DNA of 52,200 bases, filler included, from Bipalium vagum (taxonomy: Eukaryota): assembly GCA_037834085.1 (NCBI GenBank). It is 3 parts of 3 records of this genome, joined end to end, with 100 filler letters (N's around TTAATTAATTAA, not from the genome) between each part and the next. Parts side by side here need not be neighbours in the genome. Positions count along the whole stretch, not along the records: positions 1 to 15,998 come from JBBMKC010133592.1; positions 16,099 to 35,631 come from JBBMKC010000866.1; 1 more part is not named here. One strand, 5' to 3'. Positions 12,169 through 24,321 of the stretch are shown piece after piece. Position 1 is the first letter of the stretch; each line of letters begins with the position of its first letter. The position numbers and the translations under genes were made by a program. The notes below the pieces were generated by a model that had not been told where the DNA came from, searched no databases, and saw only the letters and a program-made list of their open reading frames with translations.

Positions 12169-13879
12169 TGATGATAAAGCAGAAAAATTTTGCCTGTGAA
12201 TGGGTGAAGCAAAGAAAAGGAATAGCTTAACAGAATGACGACGTCAGACCTCACATAAGCTTAGGGAATTTTTTGTTTGAGATGTGATGCAATATCAGGT
12301 TGGCTAAGAGGTTCTTGGAATTAATTGTGATTAAACTAAACAAAAAAATTTAATCCAAAGGGTACTAATCTTCGTTCTCTATCACATTTTCCATCTTTAG
12401 GGTATATTTCTGATATTATCCTCATATAAGGTCGCATGATTAAAAAATATTCTTTAATTTCAATATAATTTTTAAACTGCATGTTACCACTGGAAATCGC
12501 AAGTGCTTTAAACAGGAGCGGTTGACAAAATTTCTCATCAAATGCTGCGCATATCAACTGTAGTGCATCTATGGCACTGATGCTGCTCTTAAAATGAGAG
12601 AAAGGGGTGACAGACGAGTCTTTTATATAATGCACAATTTTGTCCGAAATTTGATGATTTTTGATTGATTATTCTGAATTTGAGTGACATGATGACTTTT
12701 TATCCATTTAAATAATCGTTTTTAGTTATATGTTTTCATATTTACATTTGCTTACATCCCAAATGATATGAAATTCTACGAACTTACTATCCAACTATAT
12801 CAGCACGATCTACGTCCATAGAGTTTTTACTTCCCCCACAACATTCATAGAATTGCAGAGTTTTCGATTTATATATTATATATAATATATAAATATATAC
12901 GACGCCGATTTCTGATGTTAATATTGATGAAATGAACCAATGTTTCCAATCTGTGTGATGGGTGAAAATATCCAGATGCACCGTTCATTTTCAGAATATA
13001 TATTTGCTCTGGAATTATCGAGTTTAAGAGTGCTCCCTCTTCAACTTACTTACGCTTAATTAAATGGTTAACCTATTTTCCCTATATCTAATTATGGTGA
13101 AACTAAATACCACTTAACTTTTATCCTGAGCTTTTCTATCTCAAAGCTACTATTATAAATAAAATTTTAATATCTTCAGAATCTTCGTATCATAAATATT
13201 TATTATTTATATTAATATTATCATTTATTTATTTAATCAATAATAATAATTATTCTGCTGTAAAAATATTTTTCTTTTTATTTGATCCCAATATATTTAA
13301 TGTTGATGGTAATTCTATTTTCCAGCCAATTTTCAGAGTTGACTCTTATTTGCCTGGACTCAAGAATACAAAGCGCAATCTGTTTTTGAGGTACGATGGA
13401 TATTCTTCACAATCACAGTGGCTCTTGATTTTAGGGGGGGAAGGAATGAAAGAATTCTATTAAATAATAATTTTAGCTGTTTTTCGGAATTCCCTGAATC
13501 TTCAATTCCTCTTTTATCTTGAACCAGTTATGTATACGACATTATAGACCATCTGCCAAAGAATATTCACCTGTATAAACTGGCCATCATACTATCATGT
13601 CATACATTTTTTCTTGTTAAGATTAAATTTGCAATAAAAAAGACACAAAAAGATGTATTTTTCATAATATTCGGCAAATTATATCCATCTCGACGCCACC
13701 ATGGTCTCGGGAATCATGTCAAATGCATCAATATCAAGAAAAGTGTTTTCCTAAAATGAAAATAGTTATAGAATTTTATTTGAACCGGACTTTTAATATG
13801 CAAGGGTTGAAGAGTCTGTGTCCAGTATGAAATGTCGTATTTTAGCAGTAAATAAAATAAGACAAAATATTGGTAAATA

Positions 13880-14140
13880 AAATTTATTAATTAGAATATT
13901 TGCCATTACTGTCTAAACAATCTTGCCAAGGTTATAAAAGTTAATTTATTCCAATTTGATAAATATCCGGAGTTCTGGATTCAAAAAACTGGGTTATGTT
14001 CTTTTAAATGGAAAACTTGGTCGCAGAAGGTTTTTTTGACAAGCAAATCATTCGTGTGCTTGAACAGATGATAATCAGTTGGTAACTGGTCTGGGGACTA
14101 AGGTTGATGAGGCAAAACCTCATACTGCAAGTCATGTAAT
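13880..14140 (-). mobile_element. Mariner C-terminal fragment
   Basis: LHDLQYEVLPHQP*SPDQLPTDYHLFKH, close to the copy at 9958-10179. Confidence 0.8.
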
Positions 14141-15006
14141 ATTTATAATTTCGTATATTCCTCGAAAATTCAAAAATATAACAATTGAAAATTCTATTTA
14201 ATAAATATTTTTCTGCCAATTAATAATTTCTGTGCCAGACTTTTCTATAACCATAAATTATTTCTGATGAAATGAAGAATTAAATTCACAAAAAATATTT
14301 TAAAAATAGATTTAAAATGAAAATTAATGAGCTTGAATTTGATTGGTTAAAAATGTAAACTTAAATCCAAGAAAAACGAATTTTGAAAAATTTCTTAAAA
14401 AATAATATAACATAATAAATAAAAAAAGAAAATATTCTCTTTGGGTTTTGGTTGGAAAATATGAAATAATAGATGCCCAATATTATAAGAAAAATAAAAA
14501 AATAATGAAATAAATATTAATAATTATTTAAATTTAATTCCAGAAATTTGTGAACAATGGGAGCAAAAATAAATATTTTTCAGAATTTTATTATATATTT
14601 AATAACTTTCTTAAATTTAAAAATAAAAAATATTTCATTTTTAAACATGAAATATTTTTCGAAACATAAAAAACGGTGGCAGCAATTTTTACTTTCGTAA
14701 AGAAAATCAAAATAATTTCCCTGCATGGAAATCTTTGCATGTGTCAAATGATTTAAAATTATAAAAATATTTATTTTTCAGATTTAAAACAGATTTTTCT
14801 GAATTTTACAAGTTACTTGAAATAATATTAATGGGAAAAGATTTTAATTTTAACACATTTATAATTAAGGAACGAAATTAGACCGTTTCTGTTAGAAAAT
14901 TAACAATTGGAAATTTTTTTGAAGAAAAGAAAAATACTCAAATTTCAACGTTACTGAAAAATAATTTGTGAAAAAATAATTTAATATTAAAACAACAATT
15001 ATTTGT

Positions 15007-15166
15007 ACTTCTTAAATTATGCTCTTGACAGAGATAATTGACTCCCCTCTGAAGTCTTTCGCTGTCCAAAGTGAACTCCCAAATTATTTTGTAAAATTGT
15101 ACGTTTTCGCATCTGATGCTGACCTTTGCTTTCATACAATCGAGAACTTTGATGTGCCACTTAGAC
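15007..15166 (-). CDS. Candidate internal exon of an unidentified gene
   Basis: CCAG acceptor and GTACAA donor around the open frame SKWHIKVLDCMKAKVSIRCENVQFYKIIWEFTLDSERLQRGVNYLCQEHNLR. GC content is raised and no TE motif was recognised. Confidence 0.3.
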
Positions 15167-15926
15167 CTGGGTATAAATAAAATGGTAAATTATTTTATGA
15201 GAATTTATAATCGACTTTTAATTTCTTAATAAAAAGTTTTCATCATTTTAATAAAAATCATCAATACAGTGATCAGTTTTAAGATTTCCAAATATTTCGA
15301 AATATCAGATTAACTAAGTTTTAATAAATTTTAACACGAATCTTTAATCTAACATAATTAAACAAAGAACATATTCAAAATTGTTTATTTATAGGATATA
15401 CACTGATGACTTTTGGTACTTTACTTATATTCAATGAAAATCAATGATAGTTAATCCCCAATGGCTGACAAATCAATTTATCTCGAGAAAGTCTGCGCAT
15501 TCTTATCCTATACGATTTCAAAAGCAATATAAACATAGCCACACAACATGTAAAATATTTATTTACAAAAATATGAATCAAAATGAAACATTCGCATTAC
15601 ACAGGGTTGACATAAGTAAATAGACCCCTAAAAAGACATTAAATTTTTACATTTATTTATTGAATTACAATCATTACATTTATTTGTTAACATTTATGGA
15701 ATCTAAAATTAACTAATAACTGAATTTATTAACACGGTAAAACTAATGACCAAGTAAGAAGGAAAATTTGAATAATAAAAATGAAAAGATAAAATCATTA
15801 GATATAATTATTTCTTCAAATAAAAGAGAAACCGAAATTGGAAAATATTTAATGTATTGAAGATTGTTAAGAAAAAAAATTGAGAAGACTTTCAACTGGA
15901 TAAATTAGAATCTTATGAATTTAATA

Positions 15927-15934
15927 AAAATAAA

Positions 15935-15998
<64 letters not shown>
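15927..15998. repeat. (TAAA)n/(TAA)n microsatellite running into gap
   Basis: Direct observation. Confidence 0.95.
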
Positions 15999-16098
15999 NN
16001 NNNNNNNNNNNNNNNNNNNNNNNNNNNNNNNNNNNNNNNNNNTTAATTAATTAANNNNNNNNNNNNNNNNNNNNNNNNNNNNNNNNNNNNNNNNNNNN
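15999..16098. other. Artificial 100-nt contig spacer N44-TTAATTAATTAA-N44
   Basis: Identical structure at 35632-35731; the 12-mer has stops in all six frames. Confidence 0.95.
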
Positions 16099-16279
16099 AA
16101 ATATTGATTTTGTATTAATTGACTTAATTGAATAAATAAATTGATGTGGGTTAATATTTTGGTTTTTATTTCAGGGTTTTTAACATTTTGATTAGTAAAA
16201 TAATTAATTATTGATTAAATGTTAAAAATAAAATGAGAAAAATAATATTATACAAATAATAATATTATGAAAAACCAAG

Positions 16280-16419
16280 TTTTCGTAAAGATATTATTAA
16301 ATTTAAAAAATCTATTTATGTTTGATTTCCTCTTTTAATTATCTAAAACTTAAAATAAGCAATTTTAATTAAATTATTTATTTTATCAAAAAGGCCAATT
16401 TTATAAAAAGAATATTCGA
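16280..16419. repeat. ~140 bp repeat, inverted copy of 22906-23043
   Basis: TTTTCGTAAAGATATTATTAAAT...TTTCCTCTTTTAATTAT...CTTAAAATAAGCAATTTTAATTAAATT...AATTTTATAAAAAGAATATTCGA matches the reverse complement of 22906-23043 with few differences. Confidence 0.9.
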
Positions 16420-16737
16420 ACATTCAAACCAAAAGATATAATAAGGATAATAAACGTGTTAGAAAAATTAATTATCGTAATTCCCCTTAGTAAAATATTT
16501 GAAAAAATTGCAAACTAAATCAAATGTATAATGTAAAATGATATTTTTTCCAAATACATTACTGATTTTTCAAAGAGCATCAAGCGAGGAAATTACATAG
16601 CAGATGTAAAATTGAAAAGAAATGCGTTTAATTTGCATATAATCACCAAAACTGATGTTTTCAATCCACGAAATCAGGAAAAGTAAATGATTTAATTGTT
16701 ATGAAAAAATCATCATTATCGTAGGTCCCAAGATCAT

Positions 16738-19700
16738 TTATACATCCATAAATGTACGATATAAAAACGCTCTTTTATCTTGAAAGATGGGGGTTTGCTC
16801 GTCATTTTCCTTGTGGAGTAGTCCGGTTGGCATCGATTTACTGAATTAACATTTAATATCACACTTTAATTATACTTGAACAAAATTACCATTCATCTGA
16901 TTTGTGTTTATTAAGATTACCAGGGGTATTTAGATTATATTTTGACCATAACAGCTTTTGTTTATACATTAATTGGTTATAGCTACTTTTTCTATAAATG
17001 TCTCCTTCGTCATGAATTTCCGATTGAATTAGCTTTTCTAAAACATCTTCCAATGTGATTATTCCGGTAACCTAATAATAACAATTCTCTTATTTTCATT
17101 TTTATGAATTTTATGATCGAAATAATTAACGTATAACTAAAAAAACTGATAAAGTACATCAAAATATTATCATCTATCATTTATAATAATTTTAATTCAT
17201 TCCCTTTTTTTTTTAATTTTTTCCCAATTTAAGTTTTTTTCTTGTTTTTATACAATCTAATGTAATTTAATGTAATCTAAATTTTCTTCAATTAAAAGTC
17301 AGACAAACAAATATTATTTAATCCAATTAATAATTAGTACAATTTAATTAACTAAAAATATTTAAATTTCTGAAATTTGACTCTTAATATTTTTCGAATT
17401 AATATTTTTCAACTGCTATGGCTAACATTCTTTTTTAATATAAATTCCATTTGTTGTTATTATTGAAATATAAAGACATGAAATTAAAGATTAGTTATAA
17501 AAAACATACTGGAGGATAAACTGAGGCCAGGTTTGAGGAGTTTTCCATTTTTGTAATTGTGTAAAATCTTTCCAGTGCCTCTACTTGCTCCTTGCCGATA
17601 TTATCTTTCACCACAACCGCCATATGTCCAGCTAGTGATATATTTGTTATAATCCATAATCAATTAAACCAATAATAACTTTTTCCAGTTTTAAAAAGCT
17701 GTAATAGTTCATAAAGAGGAGTCGTTTCTGTGACATATCTTAAAGGCTGAAAACAGTTTCTATTTTCAATTATGGTCTTGACACTGGTTCTCTCTAAAGG
17801 ATTGAATTGAATCAACATTTTTGTCAATATAATGCCTCGAATTAGGCGTTTTTCTGATCCCTGGTATACAGGAATTCTGGAATGTGCCATATGCAAAATC
17901 TAGAAAGATATGATTGAGCAAGTACACACCCCTTTTTACTAATATTTACTTCTTGAATTATATCGTCATTCAATATAGTGTCATCTGATAACATAAACAC
18001 GTTATTCAATGGTACCTGAGCATCTTTTGCTGTCATCATCGTTAAGTCCATGGCGCCCTAAATTTTAAATATTACAACTTTTATCATACGAGCGCAGATT
18101 TTTAAAATTAATATAAATATATCTTTCAGTGTATATATATGAACAGAATGTGACAATTTTTATATAAGCTTTGTGGTTTTCAAATAAAGTAAAATATTCA
18201 AAGTATTCCGTTGAGTTTATTATACATGAAACCTGAAAGTTTGAAAATGTCTCTTAATGATATTCTATGAAAATTATGCAACATATTTTTATTCGAAATT
18301 AATTCATCAACATTGTGAAAATAGCATCATCAGCATTTTAGAACATCATTCTCGAGCAAAGGGTTGCAAAATGTTAAAATGAAGTTGTTTCATGAGATGT
18401 CTCATGACAGTGAACCGCCACATTCCTCAAAAAACAAACTTTGACATCACTTGAAACAAAACTTCAGTTAAATTTTGAAAAAAAATTATTTTAACATCAA
18501 TTAAAACCTGCTTATAACTAAAGTAGGAAATAAATCGGAAGAATGAATTTAGAAAATTATAATAAATTTAAAAGATATCCTTAGAATTAATGGGAAACGT
18601 TGTAATGAGAATTGATATGCTACATCTCATAAATGACAATTACATGAGAAATATTTTTTTCATTTCATTCGGTCAAAGGGTCACATTTTATTCTCGTGAT
18701 CCGTTCAATGTTTAACAATCATTAGGTTTGAATGCATGATCTCCAGACCACGTTTCATTCAAAACTAATTGCATCACTTGGTCTGTCATTCAGATATGAA
18801 AAATATTTTCAATATCGATGTCTCAGAAGTGAAAGTACATTTTCTTTCACATTTATCATGTTATTTATATTTACAAAACAATTATTTTTTTTTATTTTTT
18901 TAATTCCTTTCCATCTTAGACAAATTTGATTTACAAAAACCTTGGATCGAACACAAGGAGACATTATTTCAGTGAGCTTTTTGAGTTAGGCTTTTTAATT
19001 TACAAAATATTTTTTCGATATATATTTTAAAAATATTTAAAATAATTACGCTTTTATTTTTGATTGACAATTTTATTTCATATTTTACATTTTATTCAAA
19101 ATATATTTTGCAAAATATTAAATTCATAAATATTAATTATATTAATTAATTAATAACCGAAATATTTGTATAAAATAAAGAAAAATATAATTGTGTTAAA
19201 AGAAAATCTATTGAAGAAATATAAAATAGTGTAAATCGATAAATTTATTGATATTTCAATTTTTATTATTTCACTGATTTTTAATTTCAATATCATATTT
19301 ATTTCCATTCATTATTTTATACAGATAAGCCTGTTATATTGATTTGAAGAATTCTTTTACATTATACTACCATTATTTTGATGATGGCATCTATACAATA
19401 TCACTTATTTGGTTGTTCGAAAAGTCACTTCACTTTTTTTATACGTTTTTTTTAATCTTAATTTAAAGCATTTAAGTCATTTTAAAGGTTGGGATATTCA
19501 ACTGCTTGATAGATGGCAGAAGGTCTTGAAAAAAAAGGACAATACATCATTGATTAAAATATTTATTTTTAATAAAACTTTTGGTCTTACTTTTTACTAA
19601 AAAACTCGAAGTGACTTTCCGAACAACCAATAGAATAATTCAATAAAACTGTTTTGAAATTTTTTTATCTTACTTTGATGATGTTTACTTCTTGAATCGA

Positions 19701-20751
19701 CAGCTGATTGTCATTGAACTTTTTATCCTGGTCTTCACAATCTACTTATGATTAATTATGAACGAAAATATTTAATAATAACGATTAATAATTTTACTTG
19801 ATATACTTTCTTGTATTTCACCCTTTTTCTTATAATTAATATCGTCATTATCCTCTGTCCTGACAAATACACCTGATGGACCATGTAAGTCAATTAATGC
19901 TTTCAGCTGTGGACGTCTATAATAACTTCCATTCTCATGACCAAACATTAAGTCAAGGACTTTAGAAAGAGGATAACTTATAAATATCGTAATACCCATA
20001 AGAAAGTAAACTATCCTAATCAAAAGATGTTAAATAAATTAATTTCAAATTAATAACATTTTACTTACGGTCTCATATAATAACCAATGGCTAAGCCATA
20101 TCTTTTACAGAGTGCTTGTGGAATGATCCTAGAAATTCATAATTATTAAAACATGTAAGTTTGTTAATTCAACAGACGTTTTATAATAGTTACATAAAAT
20201 AATTATTTAAATGTTTTAAATATATAAACCATACTTAAATTACAAAAAATATTTTAAATATTATAAATTATTTAATTATCAAGTTATTCTTACTCGCCGA
20301 ATATTAAAATAGCCGAGATTGAAACAAGAATCGCAGTGATCGGGTTAGAAATGCGGTCCAGAAATATTGGCATTGACTCCACGCAAGCAGCATTTCCCAG
20401 AAGAAGAGTAACTAGTAATATATGGTGCCTTTTAATTATTGGATATAGCCTTTCAGCATATTTTGCTTCGGGTTCAATACCACCTTTCATTAATATTTCC
20501 AAACTTAGTGTATCCAAGCTTAGCAAACCAAGAGTTAATCCAGACATTGTTCCTGTATCACAAAATTTACCATATTAATTTTAAGGAAAAGACTCCTTAC
20601 CTGCACCCATAGTCAAGAGTATATATATACCCAAATAAATCCAAAAATAATAATCATGAATGTCGAGAGGGCTTTCTGGTTTAATATAGTCTGTACCATT
20701 GCAAATTATTTTTTCTGGATCTGTTAAGAAACACCATATATTCTCTATCAT
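16738..20751 (-). CDS. CNNM/DUF21-CBS domain metal transporter, short (Mam3-like) form, ~496 aa. Exons 20751-20601, 20552-20294, 20128-20069, 20015-19798, 19741-19674, 18057-17950, 17899-17680, 17631-17510, 17071-16890, 16840-16738
   Basis: Hallmarks GTMSGLTLGLLSLD, HILLVTLLLGNA, FGEIIPQALC, IIKGAMDL, HSRIPVY, GHMAVV and GIITLEDVLEKLIQSEIHDE. All nine GT-AG introns join in frame (1491 nt). The start ATG at 20751 is the least certain part. Confidence 0.92.
19409..19630 (+). mobile_element. Mariner-derived MITE in CNNM intron 5
   Basis: TIRs TTGGTTGTTCGAAAAGTCACTTC / GAAGTGACTTTCCGAACAACCAA. Retains the transposase C-terminal relic LLDRWQKV. Confidence 0.85.
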
Positions 20752-21763
20752 TAAAATAGACAATAGACAATAATTTATGTTAACATCATAAAGTTTTCCA
20801 GTCAATTTATACTTCAGGGTTAAGTGCAAATTACCAATCGATTTAAACAAATAAAATTTTGAAAATTAAGAACTACTTATTTTTTTACTGAGTACTTTGG
20901 ACTTTGAAAAAATTTTAAGTTAATATTTAAATTAATATTAATAATTTTCTTCGGTTCATAAAAAATGCGGTATATATATCAGAAATATTTAAATTTCAAA
21001 TAACTTGCCAAATTAGTTTCGATACAAATTCAAAGGGAATTTTAAAAATTATATGAATAATATTCTTTTTTTCTTTCTATAACTTTGTTGTTTATGCTCC
21101 TATGTTGTATCACATGTTGCTTGTATCATAACCAAAATCTCAATCTCAATTCTTTGTTATCAATATATAATAAGCCTTTAAATGAAAAAAAATGTTATAC
21201 AAATAAATTTATATTTAAAAAAAATAACAAAAAATTGATAAAAAACAAAAAAGTCAATTTTTCTCTTAAAAATCGAAAACAAAAGAAAGGATTTAAATAA
21301 ATTATCCAATCTGGAAATAGATAAAATCGAAAACAAAATTTCCACAAAATAAATATGATGAAATATTACAGAGAGCAAGTGAAAATAATATCAAAGATAA
21401 AGATTTTAAAATTTATGAGAAAGATTTAATGTGGATAATAAATAATTCAACTGATCCAAAACATAAAAATTTATAAAAATAAAATAGAAGAAAATTAATA
21501 TATTCTAATGAGTATGAAATAAATTAAATTTTAGAATTTTACAAAAAAAGATTAATAACATTTTTAAATAAAAATTAAATATTAAAATTTCAAAATCAAA
21601 TTTTTAAATAAAAAAATAATTGAGAAAATAAAAGTCTTCATGAAGATACAATAAAACATGAAAAAAATAAACAACGGAAAAACAAAATCGTCGACAAAAA
21701 CAACGAATAATAAAAATGAAAATAAATTTTTAAATATTCAAGAAAAATATCACATTTTTACTC

Positions 21764-22200
21764 AAAATCGGAGGTGATATTCAACGATCTATTACAAATA
21801 ATAAAGTTTTAAATAAATTTACGATAGGAAAATATCCAGGAGAATTTCATTTAAAATACTTGAATAAAACAAATCCTGTACACCAATTTACGGGGTCCAG
21901 CTCGCATATTAATAAACGTTTAGAAAATTATGAAGAAATAAAATATAATTATAATGCAACAAGAGAATTAAATATTCTCTCACTTCCAAAACCTGAGTCT
22001 ATTCCATAACTCGAGTTGATAATAAGAGCAATGAAACATGATGTAAAATATATGTCAACAAATTTAAAAAATCGTCATGTTGTGATGTAAAAGTGATACA
22101 TGAAATGAACAATGTTCAAAAGTAAACTTCAAGAGAAAAACTTGAAAAAGGTTGAGTAAAATTAATAATGAAGAGCAAGGTTGCTCTAGGAGCGGCATGC
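21764..22200 (+). pseudogene. Polinton/adintovirus-type PLA2-like (PLA2X) gene relic
   Basis: KIGGDIQRSI..KYPGEFHL..HQFTG(PG)SHINKRL..P(I)TRVDN-AMKHDVKY..LKNRH..REKLEKG*VKLIMKSKVALG. This fits the parvovirus-like PLA2 motifs (GPG Ca-loop, HD..Y) with small indels. Confidence 0.75.
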
Positions 22201-22272
22201 CGCTGAAATCAAAAATCGCATTTAATCTTGGTCTACGAAAAGTAACAAAAAATTTTATAAAAATTCAGAAAT

Positions 22273-22460
22273 ATGAAAAAAAGTAAAATTCTTTCAAGTG
22301 AACTTCATAAAGAATTTAGAAAAACTAAACATTTTTAAAAGTAAACGTTTTTAACAAAGATGACATTTGGTCGGCAGATCTAACCTTTGTCCCAGGAGAA
22401 AAATATTATAAAATAATTCTAACAGTAATTGATTTATATACTCGTTTTGCTTTTGCTGTT
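22273..22460 (+). pseudogene. Polinton/Maverick rve integrase N-terminal relic
   Basis: MKKSKILSSELHKEFRKTKHF/(frameshift)KVNVFNKDDIWSADLTFVPGEKYYKIILTVIDLYTRFAFAV, i.e. the ELHK...DDIWSADL...ILTVID signature. Confidence 0.85.
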
Positions 22461-22905
22461 ACTGATATTGAATGCTGAAATCTAATTACAAATAATTTTT
22501 AATTACTAATAAATTCAACTAATAAATTTAAATTATAGGCCGTTGAATTAATATTTTTCTTTTGTACTCTCACATCCTCATTTTTGGGAATTTATTGTAT
22601 TTACTACAGCCTGACCTTTCAAATTCAACATGTTAAAATTTAGGTATTATAAAAATTTTGCAGGGTCTCTTTAAGTACATATATTAATTAAGAATATCAA
22701 TCTATTAAAATTTATAAAACTTAACTTATGCATATTTACATAAATATTGTTTAAAATTTTTTTAGATGTATTAATCAATTTTTAATTTATTCCTGATCCT
22801 GAATATAGTGAAGAATTTATCATAAAATATACCAATTCGAAAAAAAAGCATCCGAGATATTAGTTACAATTTTTTATATTTTTCTAATTAAGAACGAAAT
22901 TTTAA

Positions 22906-23043
22906 TCGAATATTCTTTTTATAAAATTAGTCTTTTTGATACATTTTAATTTAATTAAAATTGCTTATTTTAAGTTATATATAATTAAAAGAGGAAATTA
23001 AACATAAATAGATTTTTTTAATTTAATAATATCTTTACGAAAA
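22906..23043. repeat. ~140 bp repeat, inverted copy of 16280-16419, ending ~40 nt upstream of the ESD ATG
   Basis: Direct reverse-complement match. Confidence 0.9.
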
Positions 23044-23084
23044 TTAGTTAGTTTTACTGGACATTCGAAGTAAGAATTTTAAAT

Positions 23085-24321
23085 ATGGAAGAAAAGTCGT
23101 GTGTTAAAGTCTTTGGTGGCTTACAAAAGGTTTTTTCCCATTACAGGTTTATTATCTATTTTCCAATAAAAAATTAAGTGTGAAGTTTTCTTAGTAATGA
23201 ATGTAATTGTGTTATGACTTTTGCTATATATTTACCAGAAAATTGTAATAATGAAAAGTTCCCTGTTATTTATTGGTTATCAGGTTATTAAAGTTTTTGA
23301 ATTATTTGTATTTTCAAATATCAGGTTTAACTTGTAATGAGCAAAATGTGATAACAAAGTCAGGAATTCAGCAGGCTGCCTCTAAATTAGGATTAATTAT
23401 TGTTTGTCCTGATACAAGTCCAAGTAATACTTTCAGTTTTTATACAATATTTGATAAAAATTAATATCAATATGTATTTTTGTACTAAAATTTAAATAAA
23501 AATAAATGGAATTATAATTAATTGAAAAAATCTGTGCGGGGTGGATTAATTAAATCAAAATAATAATTTTTAGGGGGCGAGGGTGTACCCGATGATTCTG
23601 ATTCCTATGATTTTGGGATGGGAGCTGGGTTTTACATTGATGCTTGCAAAGAGCCATGGAATAAGAATTTCAGAATGTATTCTTATATCACAAACGAGGC
23701 ATTCATTGATGTTATAATTTATTAAAGCTCACGTCGTTTTTAGTTACCGAATCTAATCGAAAGCAATTTCCCTGTTATTCCGAATAGACGATCGATCATG
23801 GGACACAGGTATTCTTAACTCCTTATTACCATTCATAATGTTCATACTCTCAGTATGGGCGGACACGGTGCTCTTATTTGTGCTCTGAAGAACCCGGACA
23901 GATATTTGAGCGTTTCGGCATTTGCTCCGATTTGTAATCCAAGTCAATGTCCATGGGGGGTCAAAGCTTTTCAGGGGTATTTCGGGGAAGATAAGCAAGC
24001 CTTGTGGAAACAATTTGATGCAGTAGAACTGATAAAATCGGGACATAAAGTTGCAAATCAAATCCTGGTTGATCAGGGAGATTGTGACAATTTTCTGTCT
24101 CAGAAACAGTTGTTACCCGAAAATCTGACTAAGGTTTGTGAGGAAAATGGTATCGAATTAACTTTTCGGATGCAAAAGGTATGCTATTTTGGATCAATTT
24201 CTCAATTGAATAATTTTGTGTTCAGGGATATGATCATTCTTATTTCTTCATTGCAACGTTTATTGCATCCCATTTGGAATTTCATTCGAAAATATTACAG
24301 GGCAATGGATCTGGGGATTAG
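23085..24321 (+). CDS. ESD: S-formylglutathione hydrolase (esterase D), ~286 aa. Exons 23085-23146, 23195-23283, 23325-23423, 23574-23698, 23744-23808, 23854-24178, 24226-24321
   Basis: [52 protein letters not shown] (nucleophile elbow), SAFAPICNP and GYDHSYFFI. Exons join in frame (861 nt). Confidence 0.97.

Noticed and set aside
20752-21060. Extra 5' CNNM coding exons (GCAAGT donor near 21008; GTAATT donor at 20834)
   Set aside because: Both have in-frame stops just upstream with no usable ATG or acceptor. UTR exons are not excluded.
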